From the NCBI GenBank assembly GCA_028826165.1, contig JAPDFW010000069.1, positions 1 to 64,000 of the forward strand: DNA of 64,000 nucleotides. Direction: 5' to 3'. The translations under genes and the position numbers were made by a program. Of the stretch, positions 24,501-37,036 are shown piece after piece (the first letter of the stretch is position 1; the number at the start of each line of letters is the position of its first letter). The DNA is from Anaeramoeba ignava BMAN (taxonomy: Eukaryota > Protista > Anaeramoebae). The notes under the pieces were generated by a model, which had not been told where the DNA came from, searched no databases, and saw only the letters and a program-made list of their open reading frames with translations.

Positions 24501-25678
24501 TCTGGAAAATCATCTTGTGCAGATGGTTCAATTAAAACTTCAAATTTTTCAGAAAGAAGATAATTTATAATTTTAAGAGCTTTTCTTTTTGCTCTTGCAT
24601 CATTCCTTTTTTTAATAACAAGAACAGTTTTCATTCGTGTATTCCAAAATAATCTCATCTAAAATTGATTTAAATTTGATATAAAATTGATATAAAATTG
24701 ATATAAAATTGATTTAAAATTGATTTAAAATTAATATAAAATTGATTTAAAATTGATTTAAATTTGATATAAAATTGATATAAAATTAATTTAAAATTAA
24801 TATAAAATTGATATAAAATTAATATAAAATTGATATAAAATTAATATAAAATTGATTTAAAATTGATTTAAAATTAATATAAAATTGATATAAAATTGAT
24901 TTAAAATTGATATAAAATTGATATAAAATTGATTTAAAATTGATTTAAAATTGATATAAAATTGATATAAAATTGATATAAAATTGATTTAAAATTGATA
25001 TAAAATTGATATAAAATTAATTTAAATTTAATATAAAATTGATATAAAATTAATATAAAATTGATTTAAAATTGATTTAAAATTGATTTGGAATTGATTT
25101 AAAATTGATTTGGAATTGATTTAAAATTGATTTGGAATTGATTTAAAATTGATTTGAAATTGATATAAAATTGATTTAAAATTGATTTAAAATTGATATA
25201 AAATTGATTTAAAATTGATTTAAAATTAATATAAAATTGATTTAAAATTGATATAAAATTGATTTAAAATTGATATAAAATTGATTTAAAATTGATTTAA
25301 AATTAATTTAAAATTGATTTAAAATTGATTTAAAATTAATTTAAAATTGATTTAAAATTGATATAAAATTGATTTAAAATTCATTTAAAATTCATTTAAA
25401 ATTGATTTAAAATTCATTAAAATTAATTTAAAATTCATTTAAAATTGATTTAAAATTGATATAAAATTTGAAAAAGGAAATCAATTTTACAGCTTTATTT
25501 CCCCAGAATTGATTTGTAAGTTGTGAGTTATCAATTGTCATTTCAACATGATCATCTAAAAAAAATGTAAAAATATAAAAAAAAAATGTAAAAAAAAAAT
25601 TTAAATTTATTCAATTTTACCTTCAAAACCAGTTGTTGGTCGACGACATTTAAGTCCAAATTTAAAACCAGAACTCAT
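21568..25678 (-). CDS. NADK: NAD kinase with long C-terminal (QQINDK)n repeat; 5 exons (25678-25621, 25555-25491, 24658-24481, 24370-24218, 23444-21568)
   Basis: LGGDGT, NLGTLGFL, ALNEIVV, GDGIIISTPTGSTAYSLSAGG and TPICPHTLSNRP are NAD kinase signatures. All four GT-AG introns were checked for phase. Confidence 0.92.
21615..22530 (-). repeat. 18-bp coding minisatellite encoding ~50 x QQINDK
   Basis: (TTTGTTGTTTATCATTAA)n on the + strand, in frame with NAD kinase. Confidence 0.9.
24660..25470. repeat. (AAAATTGATTT/AAAATTGATAT)n 11-mer satellite in NAD kinase intron 2
   Basis: Tandem repeats within a GT-AG intron. Confidence 0.9.
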
Positions 25679-25768
25679 TTAAAAAGAAAAAAAATGAAAA
25701 AAAAAATTTAAAAAAGTTTTTTTCTTTCATTTTTTTTTTTCATTTTTTTCTTCACATTTTTTTTTTAA

Positions 25769-26655
25769 ATGACAAATCCAAATCAATCAAATTATGAATT
25801 ATATCGAAGATGTACATTAGGAGAATGTTTAAATGAGACTCTTGAAGAATTTCTTAATGATAAAAAAATTACCTCATCTCTTAGTGCAAAAATTCAAAAT
25901 AATTTTGATGTTGTAAAAATCAAATTTAGATTAAAAATTTATAATCAAAATATCTTTATATAATTTTTTTAAAAAAAAATTAAAAATGAATTTTAAATTC
26001 TTCTTCTATTTTATTATATTTTATTATATTTTATTTAGTCCATTTTAAATGCTTTAACAAAAATGACAACTACAACACTTTCATTAAAAGTAAATTTACA
26101 AATTTTTTTTTTGATGAAAGAATTTGGAATCCAAATTCTCAATTAAAATTAAAATTGATTTAAAATTAAAATTAAAATTAAAATTCATTTATAAAATTAA
26201 AATTAAAATTAAATTTAAAAATTAAAATTAAAATTCATTTATAAAATTAAAATTCATTTATAAAATTAAAATTAAAATTCATTTATAAAATTAAAATTAA
26301 AATTAAAAAGGGAAAAGTGGATCAATATAAAAATTGTTTGAATGTTTGGTTTTTTCATGTTAGTAACATGAAATTCAATTTAGACAAAATTGGAGAAATT
26401 GATTCAAAAAAAATTAAAATTGTTTCAATGGAAAGTGAAGATACAAAATCAACAACTCAAAAAAACAAAAAAAGAACAAAAGATAATAAGAAAAAACCAA
26501 AAAAGAAAAAAACAAAAAAGAAAACAAAAAAGAAAACAACAAAAATAAATTCAGATAGTTTTGATTCACAAATTGATTCAGATAATGATAACAAATCTGA
26601 AAGTGCAAATGAAAAAGAAAACGATTCAAATGATTTTTCTGATGATTTTGATTAA
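25769..26655 (+). CDS. TOA2: Transcription initiation factor IIA gamma (small) subunit; 3 exons (25769-25912, 26039-26089, 26311-26655)
   Basis: YELYRRCTLGECLNETLEEF..IT..L..KI..NFD / SILNAL..LSLK / GKVDQYKNCLNVWFF..KIVS matches TFIIA-gamma. Phase-0 GT-AG introns. Confidence 0.85.
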
Positions 26656-26814
26656 TTTTGAATCAATTTTTAATTTTGATTTTAATTTTGAATCAATTTT
26701 CAATTTTAATTCTAATTTTAATTCTTATTGTTTCAAGAAAAAATTCTCAAAAATAAAATTCTCAAAAATAAAAAAATTTTTTTCCTTTTTAGTTTAATTT
26801 TTTAATTGTAAAAA

Positions 26815-29650
26815 AATCAATCTTTTAATTCACTTTATAAATTAATTTGATCAAATTATATTATAAATAAAAATAATAAAGATAAATGATATATTTTTAA
26901 TCAATTATTTTTTGGAATAAAAAATATTTAATTTATTTCTTTATTGATTAAATAAATTTAAAACATAAATTATAATTTTAAATAAATAAATCTTTTAATT
27001 TACTTTATAAATTAAATTGATCAAATTATATTATAAATAAAATTAATAAATAAAAATGATATATCTTTAATCAATTATTTTTTGGAATAAAAAATATTTC
27101 ATTTATTGATTAAATAAATTTAAAACATAAATTATAATTTTAAATAAATAAATCTTTTAATTTACTTTATAAATTAAATTGATCAAATTATATTATAAAT
27201 AAAAATAATAAAGAAAAATGATATATTTTTAATCAATTATTTTTGGAATAAAAATATTTTCTTTTTGATTATTTCTTTTATTAAAAATAAATAAGATTTC
27301 CTAATTTTAAATAAATAAATCTTTTAATCCACTTTTATAAATTAAATAGATCAAATTATATTATAAATAAAAATAATAAAGAAAAATGATATATTTTTAA
27401 TCAATTATTTTTGGAATAAAAATATTTTCTTTTTGATTATTTCTTTATTAAAAATAAATAAGATTTCCTAATTCTGAATAAATAAATCTATTGATTCACT
27501 TTATAAATTAAATAGATCAAATTATATTATAAATAAAATTAATAAAGAAAAATGATATATTTTAATCAATTATTTTTTGGAATAAAAAATATTTTATTTA
27601 TTTTTATTAAAAATGGAATAAGATTTACTAATTTTAAATAAATAAATCTATTAATCCACTTTATAAATTAAATTGATCAAATTATATTATAAATAAAAAT
27701 AATAAATAAAAATGATATATCTTTTAATTAATTATTTTTTGGAATAAAAAATATTTAATTTATTTTTATTAAAAATGGAATAAGATTTACTAATTTTAAA
27801 TAAATAAATCTATTGATTCACTTTATAAATTAAATTGATCAAATTATATTATAAATAAAAATAATAAAGATAAATGATATATCTTTAATTAATTATTTTT
27901 GGAATAAAAATATTTCATTTATTTTTATTAAAAATGGAATAAGATTTCCTAATTTAAATAAATAGATCTTTTAATCCACTTTTAAAAATAAATAGATCAA
28001 ATTATATTATAAATAAAATTAATAAATAAAAATGATATATCTTTTAATTAATTATTTTTGGAATAAAAATATTTTATTTATTGATTAAATAAATTTAAAA
28101 CATAAATTGTTATTTTAAATAAATAAATCTTTTAATTTACTTTTATAAATTAATTTGATCAAATTATTTTATAAATAAAATTAATAAAGATAAATGATAT
28201 ATTTTTAATTAATTATTTTTGGAATAAAAATATTTTCTTTATTTTTATTAAAAATGGAATAAGATTTACTAATTTTAAATAAATAAATCTATTGATTCAC
28301 TTTTATAAATTAAATAGATCAAATTATATTATAAATAAAAATAATAAAGATAAAATGATATATCTTTTAATTAATTATTTTTGGAATAAAAATATTTTCT
28401 TTATTTTTATTAAAAATAAATAAGATTTTTCCTAATTTTAAATAAATAAATCTTTTAATCCACTTTTATAAATTAATTTGATCAAATTATATTATAAATA
28501 AAATTAATAAAGAAAAATGATATATTTTTAATCAATTATTTTTTGGAATAAAAATATTTTATTTATTGATTAAATAAATTTAAAACATAAATTATAATTT
28601 TGAATAAATAAATCTTTTAACTAATTTTATAAACTAAATTGATCAAATTATATTATAAATAAAATTAATAAAGATAAATGATATATTTTTAATCAATTAT
28701 TTTTGGAATAAAAATATTTCATTTATTTTGATTAAAAATGGAATAAGATTGTCTGATTTTGAATAAATAGATCTTTTAATTTACTTTATAAATTAAATAG
28801 ATCAAATTATATTATAAATAAAAATAATAAATAAAAATGATATATTTTTAATTAATTATTTTTGGAATAAAAATATTTCATTTTTGATTATTTCTTTATT
28901 AAAAATGGAATAAGATTTTACTAATTTTGAATAAATAGATCTTTTAATTCACTTTTATAAATTAATTTGATCAAATTATATTATAAATAAAATTAATAAA
29001 GAAAAATGATATATTTTTAATCAATTATTTTTTGGAATAAAAAATATTTTATTTTTTTTTATTATTTCTTTATTAAAAAATGGAATAAGATTTCCTAATT
29101 TTAAATAAATAAATCTATTAATTTACTTTTAAAAATAAATAGATCAAATTATATTATAAATAAAATTAATAAATAAAAATAATATATTTTTAATTAATTA
29201 TTTTTGGAATAAAAAATATTTTATTTTTATTTATTTCTTTATTAAAAATGGAATAAGATTGTCTGATTTTTGAATAAATAGATCTTTTAATTTAATTTAT
29301 AAAATAAATAGATCAAATTATATTATAAATAAAATTAATAAAGATAAATGATATATTTTTAATTAATTATTTTTGGAATAAAAATATTTTTTTATTTTTG
29401 ATTAAAAATGGAATAAGATTTCCTAATTTTAAATAAATAAATCTTTTAATCCACTTTTAAAAATAAATAGATCAAATTATTTTATAAATAAAATTAATAA
29501 AGAAAAATGATATATTTTTAATTAATTATTTTTTGGAATAAAAAATATTTCATTTATTTTTATTAAAAAATGGAATAAGATTGTCTGATTTTGAATAAAT
29601 AGATCTTTTAATTTAATTTAATTTGTAGATGTCATCGATCAAATTATTTT
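26815..29650. repeat. Tandem satellite, ~164-bp unit, ~17 copies
   Basis: GATCAAATTATATTATAAATAAAA...ATGATATAT...TTTTGGAATAAAAA recurs every ~160-170 bp from ~26850 to ~29470. Confidence 0.95.
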
Positions 29651-29888
29651 ATAAATAAAAATAAAAAAGGAAAAAAAATAATAATAATAATAATAATTAA
29701 GTTGTCAACTTTTCTTGATCTTTTTCTTATTTTAAAAAAAAAAAAAACAACAAAGAAAAAAAAACTTAAAAAAAAGAAAAAGAAAACTAATTTTTTAATT
29801 TTAATTTTTTTCTTTTTCATTTTTTTCATTTTTTTCTTTTTCATTTTTTTTTTAAATTTTCAATTTTTTTTTTAAATAAGAAAACAAA

Positions 29889-32800
29889 ATGGATAAAATA
29901 CTTGAAGCACTTTTAGCATCAGAAGTTCATTCTAACGAACAAAAAACATTATTTGTAAAAAATGTGATAATTTCTGAAGCATTTCAAAAAATATGTCAAG
30001 AAACAAAAGAAATTGAACTTTTAAGTGATTTATCAATAAAATGGATTTTAACGGAAAAAACAAAAACAAAGTCAATTCAAAGTGAATTAGGATATTTAAT
30101 TCTTCGTGGGATTTGCAATCAAAATCCAGAAGCTTTTTCAACTTATTTTGATGCAAAATGGTTTTCTTTTCCTCAAAAACAATCAAATCATTGGATTCAA
30201 CTTGTTCTTTTTATTTTTCAATTGAAATCATCTAATCAAAAAATTCAACAAGATGCAAAAAAAATTGTTTCTATTATTCAAAATTCTATTTATAATATTG
30301 TTATAAATGAAAATGATTCTTTTTTTAAAAATGAAATTATTTCAATTTGGTTTGAAGAACCTTGTCTTTTATCTCCTAATTTAGATATTTCTAAAGTAGA
30401 TATAAAATTAAATTCATTTATAAAATTAAAATTAAAATCAAAATTAAAATGAAAATTAAAATTAAAATTAAAAATTAAAATTAAAATTAAAATTAAAATT
30501 CATTTATAAAATTAAAATTAAAATTTATTTTAAAATTAAAATTAAAATTAAAATTAAAATTAAAATTAAAATTAAAATTCAATTATAAAATTAAAATTAA
30601 AATTAAAATTAAAATTAAAATTAAAATTAAAATTCATTTTAAAATTAAAATTAAAATTCATTTATAAAATTAAAATTAAAATTAAAATTAAAAATTAAAA
30701 TTAAAATTAAAATTAAAATTAAAATTAAAATTGAAATTAAAATTAAAATTAAAATTAAAATTAAAATTAAAATTAAAATTAAAATTAAAATTAAAATTAA
30801 AATTAAAATTAAAATTAAAATTAAAATTAAAATTCATTTTAAAATTAAAATTAAAATTCATTTTAAAATTAAAATTAAAATTCATTTTTAAAATTAAAAT
30901 TAAAATTCATTTATAAAATTAAAATTAAAATTAAAATTCATTTTAAAATTAAAATTAAAATTAAAATTAAAATTAAAATTCATTTATAAAATTAAAATTC
31001 ATTTTAAAAATAAATTTAAAAAAAAAAAAAGTTATGTGTTAGTTGGATAGCAAACGAAAAACAACGCTCGCTTCTTGACAAAGAAAATCTCATATTAGAT
31101 AACATTTTCCCCAAATTAGACCAAAGAAAAAAAGCTGAAATTTTAGTTCAAGTTTTAAATTTCCTTTCAAATACAGATTACAGCGAAAAAATTAGTTTTC
31201 TTCCACTTTTCTTTGTTTTGACAAAATTTCCAATAGAATATGTTCAACTTGTTCACCCCTTTTTTCAACAATCAAAATTCAACAACAAACAACTTGAATT
31301 AACACTTCTCAGAATATTAAAATGGCCACTCCGTAAAGGAATATCCAATTGGGCTGTTGCAATTCTTACTTTTATTATTTCTTCAAAAACATTCAGTGTT
31401 TTAATTAATGTCGCTAAAAAAAGATTGAATGAAGTTTTCAAACAAATTCCTGATTTATTTCTATTCGAAATTTCCCAACTGAAAAACCAAAAAAATTCCT
31501 TTTCTTTAGATGATCCAAATGCAAACCAGAAAACTCTTAATGAAATCCAAAAAAAACAACTTCCATCAACTCATTTCGCATGGAAAATAATTAAGACAAT
31601 TATATATGGACTCGCACATTCGCCGGCAATTTTCCATCAAGTCATCAACGAATTCCCAGTTTTGATTGGCGAATTGGAAAAAAACGGAACAATTTATGCT
31701 GATTTGTTTATCAAGAAAATTGTCCGACTTCTTTTTTGCGCAATTTATCAATTTCCAGGCTATCCTGAACTATATGAATCGCTCCTTTCACTTTTGGAAA
31801 AATATTCTTCACTGAACCCACCAGAGTCAGTTATTCGGAAAATATGGGCAAAAAACTCACTAACATCAATCAAAGACGCAAACGAACTTTTAAAATATGA
31901 TTTCACTTGTCAACCTAAATCAGAAACAGGCTATTCAGGCCTGACAAACATCGGCAACACATGCTTTATGAACTCTTTTATTCAGGCCTTATTCATCACA
32001 AAAGATTTCCGTGACGATATTTTCGGGGCTCCTTTTACAGAGATCCAAACATTGCAAAACTCGCGAAATTCAGAAAACGAACGATCAATTTACGTTTTTG
32101 AGCTCCAAAGAGTCTTTGCATTTCTATTGCTCACACAAAGACACTCGTATTCTCCTTATCATTTCTTTCGTGTTCTTCCCGATCAGTACAAAAACGGGAT
32201 GCAGCAAGATTCTTCAGAATTTGGAATGGTTTTGCTTGATTTATTGCATACTGAAATGCAGAAACTCCAAGATCCCAAGAAATTAACAGATTCGCCCAAA
32301 ATAATGTCTGAAAGCCTTTCAATGGAAGAAAACCAAATAAAAGCTGATGGAACAAGAATAATGCCGGACGGCAACAGAATCACAGAAGAAAGAAGTATTG
32401 TGGAAATATCAAATATGTCAAATAGTATGGAAATGATAGAAACCCAAAATAGCATGGATACTATAAATAGCCAAAAAAGCATGGATATCATAAATACTCA
32501 GCCAGAAACATCCAAAATTCAGCAAGAAATCCCAACATTTGTTTCCCAAGCTTTCCAAGGAAAAATCCAAAGTGAAACAACATGCGCTTTGTGCGGAAAC
32601 AAAGTCTATAAAAAAGAACCCTTTTTCGAACTTTCTTTGTCTTTTGATTCCAAATCAAAAAATGTTCAAACACTTTCTGAACTTTTCCAAAATTTCCAAA
32701 AACAGGAAAAATTGGATGAAAAAAACTTGTATTTATGCGAAAAATGCCACAAATACTCACAAGCAGAAAAAAGGATGAGAATTGCAGAATATCCAAATAA

Positions 32801-33521
32801 TTTCATCATCACTTTGAAGCGATTCTGTTACGATCCAAAACGGAAATCAATGAAGAAACTCTTGAATCAAGTGGATTTTCCAGTTGAATTGAAGCTAATC
32901 AAAGAAGATCTCGAGGCTTCTGTGAATTCCAAATTCTCAAGTTTGCAAGAAAGGAAAATTGAGGAAATTTACTATGATTTATATGCAGTTATTATTCATT
33001 CAGGATATTCGCCAGTAAGCGGCCATTATTTCGTTTATGGGCGAAGTCTTGATTCAATACAAACAAACCAAGAATCACAAAATAACAAGTTTTCCTCTAA
33101 TGAACGTTGGATTGCTTTCAACGATAGTTCTGTTTCTTATTCATCTTTAAAAAACCTTCTTGAACTTAACACAAAATTTCCTCATAACACGCCTTATATT
33201 CTATTCTATAAAAAAAGATCCCAAAAACCTCAAGCATTTAAACCCTCAAATCTTAATATTTCACCTTTAATGGTTAAACTCGTTCAAATTGATAACGAAA
33301 AATTGATCGATGAAGAAAAAAATCAAGAACAGAAAATAAACAAAAAAATTATTCCAAATTTCTCTCATTTTCATAATAATTATTATGAAGATGAAGATGA
33401 TGATGATTTTGGAGGTGGAAATGATTCAAATTATTATAATAACAATAATAATAATAATAACAATAATAATAACGGTCCTTTGCATAATTCTTTTAGCAAT
33501 TTTAATTCTTATGTTTATTGA
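29889..33521 (+). CDS. Ubiquitin-specific protease (C19), USP35/USP38-like; exons 29889-30395 and 31032-33521, ~998 aa
   Basis: Cys box GLTNIGNTCFMNS, QQDSSEF, CxxC pairs, His box HSG..SGHY, WIAFNDS, TPYILFY. N-terminus MDKILEALLAS resembles USP35/38. Phase-0 intron filled with (AAAATT)n. Confidence 0.88.
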
Positions 33522-33628
33522 CCAAAAAAGAAATATCAAAACTTCCTAAATAAAAATAAATAAAATGAATAAAAAACTTGATTTTTTTAATTTTCATTTT
33601 CATTTTTCTAATTTCTTTCCTTTTAAAA

Positions 33629-35323
33629 ATGACTTCAAAAATTAATGAAGTTTGGATTTTTGGAAATCAAGAGTTATTTGGTTTTGGAGGAAGACCAAGA
33701 ATACATGGATTACCAAGAAGAATGGAAAATGTTGAACAAGTTCCAATTAGAGAAATTTCAGCGAATTCTTCAAGTTCCATTTTTGTTTATCAAGATGATA
33801 GAGCAATTGAATATTTACAAAAAGTAAAAAGAGCAAGAAAAATTCAATTTGAAAACATAAAAAAAGCAGTTTCAGGAAATTTGAGTTTTGGAGTTTTAAC
33901 GCTTGATGGAAATGTATTTGTGAAAGGAAAAATTATTCATTCGGAACAGAAGGAAAGTTTTATCAAAGTGAATGATATGATTGAGGATGAAGATGACAGA
34001 ATTATTAAGGATGTTATTTGTGGAATGAATTCTATTTATATGTTGAGTGAAAAGAATACTGCTTATGGATTTGGAAATAATAATTATGGTCAACTTTGTT
34101 GTGAAAGATCAGAGAATAAAAATAAAGTAGTTTTAATGATGAAAAATGTGTTGAAAATTTATTCAGGAAATTCTGCTAATCATGTTTTTCTTTTGAATTC
34201 AAACCAAGAGCTTTTTTGTTGTGGACATAATTATGATTATCAATTTGGTTTGGGAAAAACAAACAAGTTCGATATTTCAAAACCAACAAAAATCAAAAAT
34301 ATTCCAAAAGGAAAAATATTCGATATTCAAAGTGGAAGAAGACATGTTATCATGCTTATTGAAAATAAAAAAGGAGTAAGAAAAGTTTATTCGTGTGGAA
34401 GTATGCTATATAACGGTCACGGAACCGATAAAACGAAGTTTTCTGAAATCAAATCTGTGCTCAAAAAGGAGAATGTGGCTGAAATTGCTGTTGGTTATGA
34501 TCACAGTTTGATTTTGACTTCAAGCGGTAAATTATTTGGGTTTGGAGATAATGGAAACGGACAATTAGCAAATGAAAACCACGGAAATGCTCCAAAACCT
34601 TTCAAAATTGAACTCCCACATTTAGGGTTTAATATTTCCACTTATCATATTTGTGCTGGCAGCCAAATATCTTTTCTCTATACTTGCGTTTATTCAAGCC
34701 TGAATTTGGATCTAATTCAGTTATTTAGAAGAAAAGAATTTTGTGATATTTTCTTTAACACAATCACTGGTGAAAGAATACCTCTTTCGAAATTGATTTT
34801 GCAATTTAGGATTCAGAAAGAAGAAGATCTTGGGAAGATTGAACAGATCATTTCCAAAAAAACAGTTGAACAAGCAAATCAAATTATTGAAGTTATTTAT
34901 GGAAATTACAAAATTGATTTCAAACTGAAGAGAGAAATTCAAGAGTATTTAAGGAAGGAAAATTTAGTAGAAACAATGAAAAGAATGTATTTATCAGAAG
35001 AAACAAAAGACTTTATTATCAAAAGAAACGAAAAATCATTCAAATTCCACAAATTGGTTTTAATTGCAAGAAGTGAACTATTCAGAGGAATGTTTTTATC
35101 AGTAACTGATGACAATTCGAATCAAGTTAGTGATTACAGTGAATTAAGTGATGAATCTTTTGCAATTTTGGAATATTATTTATATACAAACCAGATCAAA
35201 GAAGAAATCCAAATTACAGAAGAAATTGTTGAAGAAATGAAAAAGGCAATGGATTATTTTCAATTAAATGAATCAAATCCAAATTTAGTAGATTTAATAA
35301 AAGATCAGAAAATGAAAAATTAA
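33629..35323 (+). CDS. Divergent RCC1-repeat + BTB protein
   Basis: Same architecture (GNNNYGQL, VGYDHSLIL, KFHKLVLIARSELFRGMF) but much more diverged than the other copies. ATG at 33629. Confidence 0.9.
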   Translation: MTSKINEVWIFGNQELFGFGGRPRIHGLPRRMENVEQVPIREISANSSSSIFVYQDDRAIEYLQKVKRARKIQFENIKKAVSGNLSFGVLTLDGNVFVKGKIIHSEQKESFIKVNDMIEDEDDRIIKDVICGMNSIYMLSEKNTAYGFGNNNYGQLCCERSENKNKVVLMMKNVLKIYSGNSANHVFLLNSNQELFCCGHNYDYQFGLGKTNKFDISKPTKIKNIPKGKIFDIQSGRRHVIMLIENKKGVRKVYSCGSMLYNGHGTDKTKFSEIKSVLKKENVAEIAVGYDHSLILTSSGKLFGFGDNGNGQLANENHGNAPKPFKIELPHLGFNISTYHICAGSQISFLYTCVYSSLNLDLIQLFRRKEFCDIFFNTITGERIPLSKLILQFRIQKEEDLGKIEQIISKKTVEQANQIIEVIYGNYKIDFKLKREIQEYLRKENLVETMKRMYLSEETKDFIIKRNEKSFKFHKLVLIARSELFRGMFLSVTDDNSNQVSDYSELSDESFAILEYYLYTNQIKEEIQITEEIVEEMKKAMDYFQLNESNPNLVDLIKDQKMKN

Positions 35324-35475
35324 TTGAAAAATTTTTGATTAAATTATGTATTATTAAAAACAATTCAAAAAAAATGAATGAAAGAAAGAAAAAACAAAAA
35401 GAGTTTATTCGTTTATTTATTATTGTTACTTAAAAAGAAAGAAAGAAAGAAAAAAAAAATATAAATTATCATATT

Positions 35476-36963
35476 TTAATTCTTTTGGAAAGGAAGAAAG
35501 TAACTTTCGACTTCTTCAACTTTCCAATATTGATTTCCAGCAAGAAAATTTGTTGATTCCAAAGAATTTGCAGTCATTCCTTCTGGAAGCGAATATTTGA
35601 AACCAAAAGTGGAAAAACCTTCATGCAAATCCTTTTTCAAGCCACAATCTCTTCCGAACCAAGGACCAGATTCAGAATCATCATAATAAATGGCGTATTC
35701 TTGTTCATTTTTTCTGATTGGAAATTTTTGAGGAGGTTTTTGAGCAGGATTTTTGAGACTGAAAAGAAAAGCATGAGGATCAGAAATCCAGCCCGCAGCC
35801 TGATTGAATGGGTTCTTTACACTCAAACGATCAGGGTTTGTAGTCCAGCCAACAGAAGTATATCCTCCAAAGATAAAATTATCTATTGTTTTAATGATGA
35901 CAAGCGTTTTTCCTTTGTTGTCAGTTAAATTATGGAAATCCTTTGCTTGCCAACCATTTTTTTTAGCAGAAAACCCCAGTTTCATTTGCAGAAAGAATTC
36001 CTTATCAACAATCCATTCGCGGAGCTTGTGGATATGCTCCTTTTCTTGGATGATTGATGACTGGAATCTGAGTCGCGAACTAAATATTAAGGATTTTCTG
36101 TTTTCTCTTGCTTTTTGGTATTTGTGGATGAATTGATTTCCTTGGTCGACATTAAGAGAAGAGATCATTTGATACTGGAAAATATTGCGAGATATTTGCT
36201 TTGGAATCAAGTCTGTTTTCCAAGCCAAATTGAATTCCTCCTTCGAAAAATCAATAAACCTGATTTTGGATATTAAATTGGATAATCCTTGTTTTAAATA
36301 TTTGAGCTGTTTTTCGCTCATGGATTGTGATGGATATATATTTGATTTGCGTTTTCCCCAATTCACAACAGCCTGGAAAATATCAAATTCATTTGTCTTG
36401 ATTTCATCGTAAGAAAGAATTTGAATCAAGTGATTTTCTTCCAATTCCTCAAAAAATGGGGTTTTGATAAAATCCTCAAAATGATCCAAAATAAATTGAT
36501 AGCAGAAGCGCGATAAATCATGCACATTAATTGATTCTGATATTTTGAGAAGATCTACAACAGTTTCAAGCTGGCAATTTTCCATCACAAATTTTGAGGA
36601 TAAACTTGTCAATTCCTCAATCAAATATTTCGATGAAAAAAGCAAAATTTCAACAGCATTTTCAAGTGTGATTTCTATTTTGCCAGTATAAAAATAAAGG
36701 AGAATGTTTAGCAATATTTTTCCTGATGTTTCTTGAAGAACCATTTCTCCTTTTTGATATTCTTTCATTCGAGACCGAAATAATGACTTGAAATAATCGC
36801 TTCTTGCTGAAAGTATTGATTTATGACACTTGAATATTCTTGTTTCTTCTTCTTTTTCTTTACTTTCACATATTATTTGGAAATCACTATAATTTTCTTC
36901 ACTTTCAAATAATTTTTGAAAATCTTCTGATAATTTCTCTATATTTGAAAAAGTTTGGGTCAT
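35476..36963 (-). CDS. BTB-BACK-TLDc protein, 495 aa
   Basis: SDFQIIC..FKCHKSILSARSDYF, BACK region, TLDc (KNGW..FHNLTDNKGKT..FIFGGYT..GPWFG..VEEVE). Confidence 0.9.
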   Translation of the reverse strand: MTQTFSNIEKLSEDFQKLFESEENYSDFQIICESKEKEEETRIFKCHKSILSARSDYFKSLFRSRMKEYQKGEMVLQETSGKILLNILLYFYTGKIEITLENAVEILLFSSKYLIEELTSLSSKFVMENCQLETVVDLLKISESINVHDLSRFCYQFILDHFEDFIKTPFFEELEENHLIQILSYDEIKTNEFDIFQAVVNWGKRKSNIYPSQSMSEKQLKYLKQGLSNLISKIRFIDFSKEEFNLAWKTDLIPKQISRNIFQYQMISSLNVDQGNQFIHKYQKARENRKSLIFSSRLRFQSSIIQEKEHIHKLREWIVDKEFFLQMKLGFSAKKNGWQAKDFHNLTDNKGKTLVIIKTIDNFIFGGYTSVGWTTNPDRLSVKNPFNQAAGWISDPHAFLFSLKNPAQKPPQKFPIRKNEQEYAIYYDDSESGPWFGRDCGLKKDLHEGFSTFGFKYSLPEGMTANSLESTNFLAGNQYWKVEEVESYFLPFQKN

Positions 36964-37036
36964 TTAATCATTGAAGAAGGAAAAATTTGAAAAAAAAAAT
37001 GAAAAAATGAAAAATTCATTTTTTTTCTTTTTAAAA

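Noticed and set aside
26815-29650. CRISPR-like array
   Set aside because: Monomers are homologous along their full length, there are no unique spacers or cas genes, and the context is eukaryotic
32270-32540. Intein in the USP catalytic-domain insertions (also 57250-58330)
   Set aside because: The insertions are low-complexity, sit at usual USP insertion points, and lack Cys/Ser-start and His-Asn-end Hint motifs
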